Shown piece after piece: positions 9,497 to 19,800 of a stretch of DNA of 64,000 nucleotides. Made by a program: the position numbers and the translations under genes. Numbering within the stretch: position 1 is the first letter of the stretch; each line of letters begins with the position of its first letter. The notes under the pieces were generated by a model. That model had not been told where the DNA came from. It was given only the letters and a program-made list of their open reading frames with translations, and did no database searches. Location: the NCBI GenBank assembly GCA_000146465.1, contig CP001951.1; one strand, 5' to 3'.

Positions 9497-10987
9497 ATGA
9501 ATGTTGTTCCTCTTGGGGCTGGGCAAGACGTTGGCCGATCTTGCATCCTTGTCACTATCAACGGCAGGACAGTAATGTTCGACTGTGGAATGCACATGGG
9601 GTTTAACGACGAACGTAGATTTCCGGACTTTTCATATATTTCGAAGACAAAGAACTTCGACAAAGTAATAGACTGCATAATAATCTCCCACTTCCATCTA
9701 GATCACTGTGGAGCTCTCCCATACTTCACAGAGGTCTGTGGCTATAGCGGGCCGATTTACATGACCCTACCGACAAAGGAAGTATGTCCTGTTCTCCTGG
9801 ACGACTTCCGAAAAATAGTTGGCGGAAAGGGAGATAGCATCTTCTCATACCAAGATATAAGCAACTGTATGAAGAAAGTGGTTACCATCAGCATGAACGA
9901 GACATACAAGCATGACGAGAACTTCTACATCACTCCATACTATGCAGGACATGTTCTAGGGGCTGCAATGTTCCATGTTTCTGTTGGAGACCAGTCTGTG
10001 GTGTACACAGGTGATTATAGTACAACACCCGACAAGCATCTAGGGCCTGCTTCAATCAAGTGCATAAGACCAGACCTCCTGATCACCGAATCTACATATG
10101 GATCAATAACTAGAGACTGCAGAAGAGTAAAGGAAAGAGAATTTCTGAAGGCTGTTTCCGACTGCATAGCAAGAGGAGGTCGTGTCCTAATTCCTATATT
10201 TGCACTAGGAAGGGCTCAAGAGCTTTGCCTGCTTCTGGACGGATACTGGGAAAGGACAGGGCTTGAGATTCCGGTGTATTTCTCCAGTGGCTTGACTGAA
10301 AAAGCAAACGAGATATACAAGAAATTCATCGGTTACACAAATGAAACTGTTAAGAGGAAAATCTTCGAAAGAAATGTATTTGAGTACAAGCACATAAAAC
10401 CCTTCCAAAGGTACTACATGGATAACAAAGGCCCTATGGTCTTGTTTGCATCTCCTGGAATGCTTCATTCTGGAATGTCTCTCAGGATATTTAAAGAGTG
10501 GTGTGAGGACGAAAAGAATCTTGTGATAATACCTGGGTACTGTGTTAGAGGAACGATTGGAGAAAAGATTCTGAACGGGGCAAAGAGGTTGGAGATTCTT
10601 GGAGAGGAGAAGGATATAAAACTGGAAATCAAGAATTTAGGATTCAGTGCCCATGCAGATGCACAAGGGATTCTAAGTGTGATAGAGCAATGCGCCCCAA
10701 GGAATGTGATGCTTGTTCATGGAGAAAGGTCTCGGATGAAGCAACTCAAGAAAAGCGTTGAGGAGAGGTTTGGGATCCCGACATTTCTCCCACCAAACGG
10801 AACACTTATAAACATTCCATCGAAAAACATCGTCAACCTGAAAATAAGGAAAGGGCATCTCTCCAGTCATTTCAAGCCAAATTTATCGAAGGGGAAGATT
10901 TCTTTAAGAATGAGTCTCTCCTCAAAAAAAGAAGAAAACCATATTGATGTTGTAGATTGCGAAGATTACATAGAGGATGATGGCTAG
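9497..10987 (+). CDS. metallo-beta-lactamase/beta-CASP endonuclease of the CPSF73 family (INTS11/CPSF3L-like signature)
   Basis: VPLGAGQDVGRSCIL, IISHFHLDHCGALPYFTE, YAGHVLGAAMF, LIPIFALGRAQELC, SAHAD, LVHGE. Contains only the MBL + beta-CASP core (496 aa). Confidence 0.85.
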   Translation: MNVVPLGAGQDVGRSCILVTINGRTVMFDCGMHMGFNDERRFPDFSYISKTKNFDKVIDCIIISHFHLDHCGALPYFTEVCGYSGPIYMTLPTKEVCPVLLDDFRKIVGGKGDSIFSYQDISNCMKKVVTISMNETYKHDENFYITPYYAGHVLGAAMFHVSVGDQSVVYTGDYSTTPDKHLGPASIKCIRPDLLITESTYGSITRDCRRVKEREFLKAVSDCIARGGRVLIPIFALGRAQELCLLLDGYWERTGLEIPVYFSSGLTEKANEIYKKFIGYTNETVKRKIFERNVFEYKHIKPFQRYYMDNKGPMVLFASPGMLHSGMSLRIFKEWCEDEKNLVIIPGYCVRGTIGEKILNGAKRLEILGEEKDIKLEIKNLGFSAHADAQGILSVIEQCAPRNVMLVHGERSRMKQLKKSVEERFGIPTFLPPNGTLINIPSKNIVNLKIRKGHLSSHFKPNLSKGKISLRMSLSSKKEENHIDVVDCEDYIEDDG

Positions 10988-11111
10988 GCAACTGGTATTT
11001 AGGAGTTTTAGTGGTTTGCCAGTTGTTGGGGCTCGGGAGGGATCTAAAACACTTGGTTTGAAAGTGGTTTGAAACAGAAAGTCATATAAGTTGTGAAGAC
11101 GGTGGATACTA

Positions 11112-12761
11112 ATGGAAAAAGAAGATTTTAGATGGTTTGAAGGAGATGGAGAAACAGAGGCAGAAGAATTTGTCCCCGCTCCAAATAGGGTTTCCTCTGT
11201 AAGTTATGTGATAGATGCAATAGGAGGGATATTCTATTCTATTTTTGTTCTCTCCTTGGTTGCAAGGGTTACTACATATGTCTTTGGCCTCAAACTGCTT
11301 GTGTTTTCTGTTGACCTCAATGTTGTGTTCCTGAGCATAACTGTCGTATCTTTACTGTTCATAGTTCTTGCAATAGCACGGGAGACAATGACTTTCATGG
11401 CCTTGACTCTCGGAATGGTTGAGAACTCGGATGCCTGTGCAAAGCTGCAAAGGCTTGTGATGGTTTCGGTCTGGTTTGGATTGAGTGCATACTGGATTAA
11501 GTATGTAGGAACGGCCTACGGACACAATTTTTATATCATAAAGAAAGTGTTTATGTCCGGGATGATAACGTCTGCAGCATACTCTATTGTAACAATTGCA
11601 ATGGCGTACTTCGAGAGTTTTTTCCTAAAGAAGACTCTCAAAAGGAAGTTAGATGATGTTCAAAAGACTGAAAGAATAGTATATGCAATGAAAAACTACA
11701 GGTATGATATTTCCGAATCAGGAGGAGGGCCGACCCCAGAGTGTACGTGCAGGGATCTCTTTTGTTTTAGAACTGCAGCCACGGTTGGAAGTAGGGAAAC
11801 AGGACGAAACGGCGGAGAAGAAGGATTCCATATGTTTACCGGGGGGCTTCTGATTAATGCGCCTGAAATCCGTGGAATCATGGATGCCAAGACCCTTGCA
11901 AGGGATGTTTTCTTCAAGGCTAGTGGAGGAAAGGATGTTCTTTCATATGAAGACTTCAGTGCAATATTCCCAGGGGCACAGGATGCCCAAAATGCATTCT
12001 CTTTCTTTGATTCGAACCATAGCAAGGTGATTTCAAAGAAAGAGTTCCATGACACAACTATATACTTCTACATGGAAAGAGTGAATCTCGAGAAGGCCAT
12101 AATGAGAGCAGAAGATTTCATTGGAATAATTCTAGGTACTCTTAATGTGATTACGGGAGTAGTTCTCTGCTTTGTCTATCTTATGATCTTTGGGGTTCCG
12201 CTTCAAGAGCTATTTGCACTGATACTTAGTGGATCTCTTGCCTTTAGCTTTATTGCAAGTGGAATAGCCACTGATATGTATCACAATTTCATGATGCTTG
12301 CCAGCCATCCGTTTGATATAGGCGATGACGTTATAATTGATGGAGCCGACTATAGAATCTATGAGTTTGGACTTACAAGCACGTCCCTTATTGGAGAGAA
12401 CGGAGGGAAAGTTAAGCTTCTGAACAGCGATCTCCGGAAAAAGAACCTTGTCAACATGACAAGAGCACCTGAAAAGATTATTGTATTCAACTTTGATCTG
12501 AATCCAGACATAAGGCCTGAGGAGTTTAAAAGGTTCAAGAGCATAATACATGAGTTTATAAAACAAAAGCCGTTTGACTATGACAACGAATTTTCCCTCC
12601 AAGCTTCCACAGAAAACTTTGTAAGCATTGATGTTCTAAGCTGTACAATGATCCTGAAGTGCAAGAGCTATAAGAATAAGTCAAAAAAGTTTCTTCTCCG
12701 AGTTGAGATGACTTCGTTTCTAAGGTCGCTAATAGCAGAGATGGGTATTGGAGTGAAATAA
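11112..12761 (+). CDS. MscS-like mechanosensitive channel with EF-hand-like region
   Basis: N-terminal TM helices; EF-hand-like DSNHSKVISKKEF; MscS core LASHPFDIGDDVIIDG..YEFGLTSTSLIGENGGKVKLLNSDL. Confidence 0.75.
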   Translation: MEKEDFRWFEGDGETEAEEFVPAPNRVSSVSYVIDAIGGIFYSIFVLSLVARVTTYVFGLKLLVFSVDLNVVFLSITVVSLLFIVLAIARETMTFMALTLGMVENSDACAKLQRLVMVSVWFGLSAYWIKYVGTAYGHNFYIIKKVFMSGMITSAAYSIVTIAMAYFESFFLKKTLKRKLDDVQKTERIVYAMKNYRYDISESGGGPTPECTCRDLFCFRTAATVGSRETGRNGGEEGFHMFTGGLLINAPEIRGIMDAKTLARDVFFKASGGKDVLSYEDFSAIFPGAQDAQNAFSFFDSNHSKVISKKEFHDTTIYFYMERVNLEKAIMRAEDFIGIILGTLNVITGVVLCFVYLMIFGVPLQELFALILSGSLAFSFIASGIATDMYHNFMMLASHPFDIGDDVIIDGADYRIYEFGLTSTSLIGENGGKVKLLNSDLRKKNLVNMTRAPEKIIVFNFDLNPDIRPEEFKRFKSIIHEFIKQKPFDYDNEFSLQASTENFVSIDVLSCTMILKCKSYKNKSKKFLLRVEMTSFLRSLIAEMGIGVK

Positions 12762-12825
12762 GTTCGGAATGCGAGGTGGTAATAAATTATCATGGTATTT
12801 ATTTTAAGAGCCTTGTTTTGAGAAT

Positions 12826-13791
12826 ATGCTTGTCACTGTTTTTTCATGGAATGTAAACAACAGAGAAGGTGTTGCAGATGCTATTCCCGAAATTCTTGGG
12901 GATCAGAAGTCTGACATGATACTTATATCCCTACAAGAACACTTCGACTCCCAGAGTACTGTGGCGAAGTCTATTCAGAAGATGTATCCATCCTACAGAA
13001 TGATCTCGGTTGACAGGATGTTTGGGCTGTTGTCAATAGTATTATCTAAGGAGAGACACACAGTGGAGAGAATAAAGATGGGGTTTGGGATTCTAGGTTT
13101 CATTAACAAGGGAGTATGTGTGACTAAAATATCGAATGGGATAATGTTCATAAGCTGTCATCTATCTGCGCATCAGGAGAACAACAAAAAGAGATTGAAA
13201 GAAATTAGAAGAATATTTGAGTGTGTTTGTGACTCGGAGTCGGTGAGAAATGTCAAAACTGTTATTTTGGCTGGGGACATGAACTTCAGGATTGCAGGAG
13301 GTTCAAGAAGTCTCGACTACCTCAAGTCTGGAAAAGACGATCAATGCAACGAGTTTAAGAGAGCCTATCCGATGTTCCTAGAGGGAATGATAGATTTCAA
13401 GCCAACTTACAAATATATTGCAGGAACCGACGAACTGTGTAAAAAGAGACATCCATCGTGGTGTGATAGAGTATTTGTCTCGTCCTCATATGTAAAGTTT
13501 AATACATACGACTCTGCTTATGAAGTGAAGATAAGTGATCACAAGCCTATTCTCTGTGCACTGGAAGTGAGTGATAAGAAGACAAGCCGTGCTGCCATTC
13601 CAATGATCGGATATAGTGGGCACCATGTCATACGTGGGCTTACAAGATTTTATTGCATTGTGCACGAGTATCGCAATGCAGTTTCTGCACTTCTCTTGAT
13701 AATAATGCTGTATTTGATGCTTTCCAGATTTAAAACCATTTCGAGGCTCAGAAATCCATTCCGGGTCTTTTATCCGGAGGCAGATTGTTGA
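12826..13791 (+). CDS. inositol polyphosphate 5-phosphatase (EEP fold), tail-anchored (INP54-like)
   Basis: WNVN start, GDMNFRI and SDHKPI 5-phosphatase motifs, and a C-terminal hydrophobic anchor LLLIIMLYLML. Confidence 0.7.
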   Translation: MLVTVFSWNVNNREGVADAIPEILGDQKSDMILISLQEHFDSQSTVAKSIQKMYPSYRMISVDRMFGLLSIVLSKERHTVERIKMGFGILGFINKGVCVTKISNGIMFISCHLSAHQENNKKRLKEIRRIFECVCDSESVRNVKTVILAGDMNFRIAGGSRSLDYLKSGKDDQCNEFKRAYPMFLEGMIDFKPTYKYIAGTDELCKKRHPSWCDRVFVSSSYVKFNTYDSAYEVKISDHKPILCALEVSDKKTSRAAIPMIGYSGHHVIRGLTRFYCIVHEYRNAVSALLLIIMLYLMLSRFKTISRLRNPFRVFYPEADC

Positions 13792-13831
13792 TAAAGGTGT
13801 TCTTGTATTTTCGATTCTTCAAAAGCCCCCA

Positions 13832-16800
13832 ATGGAGGAAAGATTTGAGTGGAGATGGATGGGATCCCCTCTTGAGGAAAAGCTGCATGAATATATCCGG
13901 AGCATGGTTGAAGAGGAAGACCTTGACTGTCTTGCTAAGAAGATCACTGCCTACTTTGACATATGGCCATTCAAAGAATTTTCCCTTAGATGCTGGAGAA
14001 TACTCAGCGACAAACTCATTGATATCATTTCCTCACTGGAGAAGAAATACTTTTCCGAGGGAATACAAATGTTCAAAATGTCTGAGGAAGATAAAAGCCT
14101 TCTTATTGGAATTTTCAAGCTCTTTCAAAGGATATTTGGGTATTCAAGACAAAGACATCCTCTCGATGTTTCTACACAAGTTATGAAGTTCATATATGCA
14201 ATGGATCTAGATGTTGTGATTGAAGCACATAAGATGCTTGTGTTCTGCCTTAATTATTCGATTGGGCTGGATGAGTTTTCTGATGACCATGACATTCTGT
14301 TCAAATGCCTAGGAATCAACTCGGAGTTAAATGGAGAGAAGATCCTTAGTCTCTCGGAGAAGGCCTTTGTGAGTATACCCAAGGATCTAGAAGGAGAAGA
14401 TGTGTTTTGGACTCTTAAGAAGAATGTAGATGAGTATGGAAGAGGGAATCTTGTGTTTGAACTTCGGCAAAGAATAAATAATGAAAACAGAGATGGCCTG
14501 AATGTGTTGAAGGTCCTTGGAACATGTATATTTCTGATCCTTGCAAAGGGAGAAGGAGCTTTTGATGAAATTGTGGAAAAAATAGACTTTGGAGAAATTT
14601 GGAGATTTGCAGGCGAGGAATTATCCGAAAACATGGAATTTGCCATCATGAACCTTCTGGACATATTGATCTATGACGAATTTGACTTTGGAAGGATCTC
14701 ACGAATCCTTGAACTAAGCAACACCAAAGGATTTTTCTACAAAAGATTTGTAAATGGATTTGATGAGTGGACGTTTGAAAGACACATGGTGTTTCTTATT
14801 TACAACACACTCGTGGGAAGCCAAAAAACGAAGTACCTCAAGATGAATGTCCTTATGGAAGTACTTCCGAAATTTCATGAATGCTCGCCAGATGTTCGAT
14901 ATCACTTTCTTCGTACAGTTAGAATGCATTGTAAGGAAACCAATTCCCGTGGAACTGCCGAGTTTATTTCCAGAAACGGCGTAGGGATTTTAACAGAATA
15001 CCTTAGACATGCAGAAAAATACGATGTAAATGAAAATGTAAATCTCAAATATTCGTTGAAGATACTAAGTGAGATCTACATGGACGAAAGGAACAGAGGA
15101 GTGGTGGGGAATTTCGAAGACAGTCCTTTTCTTGATGTAATTGTTGCAACTATCCAAAAGCTTTGCCTTTTTGATTCCCGTATTGTATCTGTTTGTATAG
15201 GAATACTATCTTCCTTCATGTTTGAAGAGCCGCTGAATCTGCCCATATTCATGGAAAGAGGAGTGAATGTAGTTCTGAAGACACAACTATCTGTTGAGCA
15301 TACTCTGGAATATGTTTCTGCATTTGTTTCTTATATTGATGCATTTTCCTTGAACCTCTCCTTTCAGAAGGAGATATCTCATGGGGAATATCTCTTTAAG
15401 CTTCTAGTACTATGCAGAGAGGAAGAGTTCCTTGGTTCAATGAGCAATACAAACAAGATGGTATCCCTTCTGAATGTCCTCATAATGCATCATCCGATAT
15501 TCAAGGAGGACATCTTAAAGTTCTACAGGTTTGAGATTGGGTATCTGAAAAATCTTTTTTCGGAGGAGTCAAGCAGTCTTCTTGTAGAAAAGGAGTACTG
15601 CATCGAAATCTTCAACAACTTTTTCAGTCTTGTGGAAAAAATGGAGGTTTATCCCGAAGAGAAAGACGCCGACGGATTCTTTAACAATGTATTTGATCTG
15701 GTTACCAATCCGGCGTATTCTTGCAACATGCAAAACTTCTTCAAGGGATCTTTTGGAGAGGTCTACCGAACGATCTATAGAGAATCCCGCACATCTCTTG
15801 ATAAGCCGTTTGAGCAGTTGATATCCGACACAATGAAGATCATAGAGCTTAGTAGAATGAGCGAAGAACAGGATACAAGAGATTGGAAAAAAGCCATGAA
15901 AATGGAGCAGTGGTGCGGGGCAGAGGCTGATGAACTGATATTTTCTTATGAAAGTCAGATTTCCTTGGCCTGCATTCTTTGCGAAGATTTTATGGAGCTA
16001 ATAGATAATGGGGTAAAGACAAGACTGTTTAAAGCAATGGCAGACCTGTATCTTATGCTCATCCGATTCTCGGGAGCCTTTATTTCGATCAGCAACTTTG
16101 AAGAGCACAGGTTTTTATCTACATACAGATCTATAAGACTCAAGCTTGAAGAAAGCACCACAAAGGAAAGCATCCGATTGCATTTGCTGCAGTCTGTGTA
16201 TCTTTGTAACCTGTTTCTACTCCAGAGAATGTACCTTTTGGAGATCAAGGATTCATTTGACAAGACTCTTGAACTTGTTGAGAGGCTGGTGGAAGTAATG
16301 GCTCTTGAAGGAGATGACTCGATTACCCTTGGACTAAGAGCGATAGAGAGGCTGAGCAAGAACTTTGGGAAAGAGCACTATGAAGCAATATCTAGAGAAT
16401 GGTTTATAAAGAGCTTGCTTAAACCCCACTCTAGAAGCGACAGGTTAATTGCAGTTATAAACTTCCTTTCGTCCCAATTATCATCCAAAATAAATAGCGA
16501 TCCGAAGCTAAGGAGTATGCTTCTGGAGTATCTGGAAGAAATAGACATCAGCGTCTCCTCGGATCTCCGTAAAGTTGAGCTAAGTAATATGGTCATTGAG
16601 GCCATTGGGAGAATATTTGGAGATGGAGGGTCGCTTTCAGATGACGAAATGGAAATGATTTTCAGAATTTATGAGAGGTTTTATATATCTCCATTGTGTT
16701 CGAGGCTGATGATTAAGAGAATGATAAGACTACCAAGATTTACAATGAGACTGGTTCGGATAAAAGCATTTCCGACATTCCAATATTTCCTTATGAAAGA

Positions 16801-19800
16801 TGAGAAAGTGTATGAGCATGCATGCTTTATTGTAAATAGATTCTTTGAGTATTCTGACGAATTCATTGAAATGGCTAGTAATGTTCTTCTGTTTGGAACG
16901 GTTGGGCGATGTCCTCATAGGATAGATATCAAAGAGATCGGAAAGAAGATTTCAGGACTTGTTATGTCTGAAGTTTCGTCGCCAAAGGTACTGTTTTTCC
17001 TAATTATGTACTTTCGGCTGCTTCATCGGTTGGGGATGCCCAGACATTGTGGATTTGATCTTGGAAAGTTGATTTCACGAGTTAAAACATGTGACGAGAT
17101 GACTTTGATGAGAATACTCATCAGCTACATAATAACCCCGGATATCGATAGTATTTTGGAAAGGTCTGGAATTCCCTCAAGAAGGATTAGGAGCAAGGAT
17201 AGAGAATTCTTAAAGTCCCATGATTTCCTTATATACAGAGACTATGATCTTTTTGTTGAGAAATGTCTAAAGAAGTCGGGTCTTGGACCTATAGATGGGA
17301 TCTGCTTCAAACATGGATGCAATAGGACTTTCTCTCTAAAGGGAGAAGAGATATCTGTATCGGACAAGGAAATCGACTGCAGCAAGACTTTCATTAGAAA
17401 GCTCGTTCTTTTGCTGGATACCCAAGAATATTTCGGAATGGTAATTCAGCTTCTCTGCGAAATGATGTTTAACCATCCATCTCTTTTGCACGATATATGT
17501 AGATATCAGGTTTTGGACATTGTGTATGAAAGATGCATTAGAAAAATGGATGTATCAAGCAAGCACAAGGTGACTGGAGAACTGCATTGGGGTATAATGC
17601 TGTTTGTCATTGGACTCTATTCGGAGGTTCTTTTGTCGAAGTCCAGCACAGGTTCTGAGAAGAAAAGCGAGACTGAGCAAGAAAACACAAGAAAGAGTCT
17701 TCCATCTGTATCTGACTTTCTCCTTGAAAAGATCAAAGATGGATCCAATGAGGACTTTCTGAACGTGTCGTTCATACTTGTTAGAAGCCTCACACCATTG
17801 TTTATTCTAAGGCACGAAGATGAAGAAGATACAACCATGGAGAGGTTCCGAGAGATTTCGATTTTTATGGGATCAGTAGGGATCTTTGAGAAGATTATCA
17901 AGAGAATAATTGCTGTTGATGAAAGCGACCCAAAATACATAACATGCATCCAATGTTCGCTGGACTATCTTGGAAGGGTTTTTAGGCATTGCTACGGCGA
18001 CATTCTTCAAGATCTGGACGACTATGGTGACGACGAATCCCGTGAGATTGAATACTATAGTCTCGTTTCCGAGGACCATGGATTTGAGGAAAGTATTTTT
18101 GACTCCGACGAGAGCTATTTTTTTGATGATCCACCATTCCATGAAATTGAAGAGGAGAGGGCCATGGAGTCTGATGAAGCGGAAAGCTCCTCACAATCGG
18201 AAAATACAGTGTTCATCAAAAGCATTGAAAACGATCATGAGATGCCAACGGAAATGTATCTGATTAGCTCCGAGTATTACAATATTTCTGCAGAAAGTAG
18301 AACCGAGATCGAGGCTCTTATGTGCAGAAAGCTCTACGTCGACTTAATTGATAGCAGCACAAGCTGCTATACCTGGATGGTTAATAATTTCCAAAAGAGT
18401 ATAGTTTGTGAGCTAAGGGAGCCGAGTGTTCATTGTAAGGAGCCTGAGAGGTCTTTGAATGAAGATGACAAGGATGAGGGCTATGTCACTGATGGTGAGG
18501 AAAAGATGATATGGAATTTCGAACCAACAAACGATGAAGATAATCTGGAAGATACAAATGAAGCCTTGGACACTTCAAATCCACCAGATAGAGAGGAGAT
18601 AGAAGAGGAGAATGAGGACGTTGGATCCTCGGAATCTGATGTCGGGTCTCAGAACGGAGAGATTCCGACTCTTGACCCTGATAATCTCAACAGAATGGAG
18701 GAAGACGAGCTAAACGAAGTTCTGAAAGCCTATTTCGACGAGAGACGATCCCTATCGCTGACTTATATACCTCTCCACACGGGTTTCTATGAAAGGCTTT
18801 CTTCCCGTGTAAGACCTATGTTTGAGGAGATGGAAAGAGTGTATAGAGAGAGTTTCTTCTACGACATTAGAACCGAGTCTACCAAGGAGAGTGACGAAGA
18901 AATCATGGAAACCAAAGAGAATCTCCTTGAGATGGATCTTTCAACATTTGAAGAATTCATCAAGAAATCTATCGTCGAAAAGGATTTCCCATTTGCCAAG
19001 AGCTGGAAGTTAGTTGATGCACTTTCCAAGGATACAAAAATGAAGAGTGTTGTCTTCAAAGTATCCAACAGCATGATCTCGTCAATTTCATCATCTCAGG
19101 AAGGAGACCTTAATAATTACGACGCAGTGAAATTCCGAAGAACTTTGTGCTTTCTTCTTAGCATCGTTAAAAGCTCAATAAGGTACTATGGCTATTTCCG
19201 AGAAAACCCTGAAATTGTAAGAAAAGTTTTTATTCTTCTTGGAAAGGTGAAATTAACCAATGATCTTTTGAGACTAGTGACTGACTTCAGTGTTATCTTT
19301 AGGAAGGACAAGGACTTTGTCTTTGGCCAAGACATCGATTTGGAAAATATTCTCGGTTGCTTTGGAAGAATGGTTGACTCTGAATGCTTCAACCTTCTTG
19401 AGGAGTTCATGGAGAACACCGCCGACCACTTTGGCCCGAGATTCCTAGATATTATTCTGGTAGAGATAAAGCAGCAATTTTCGATCCTCTCCAAAGACAT
19501 TGGAAAGGAGTTTCCTTCCGATGCATTTCTAGAAAGTCAAAAGATATTTTTGAGACTTTGGAAGATGATGACAAAAGTTATAGGAAGAAGCAATTTGTGT
19601 AGTGAGGAAAGAGACATTGCACTTCTGAGTCTGATGCTGAATCCTCTCTGGAATGTGTTTTTTGAAAATCAGAAGAACAAGGAATCGATTGAAGACCTCA
19701 TTAATGTATCGGATATCTACGAAGCTTTTTTTGTTGTTGGAAAGGTGTTTGAAAATAGGTTCGGGGAAACAGAGAATACAGGTTGCGCAGAGATGTGCAA

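Noticed and set aside
13785-14186. 133-aa plus-strand ORF overlapping the start of the HECT ligase gene
   Set aside because: It is out of frame with and mostly contained in the 5' end of the 2413-aa HECT ORF, which has a confirmed ATG at 13832. Alternative-frame artefact.
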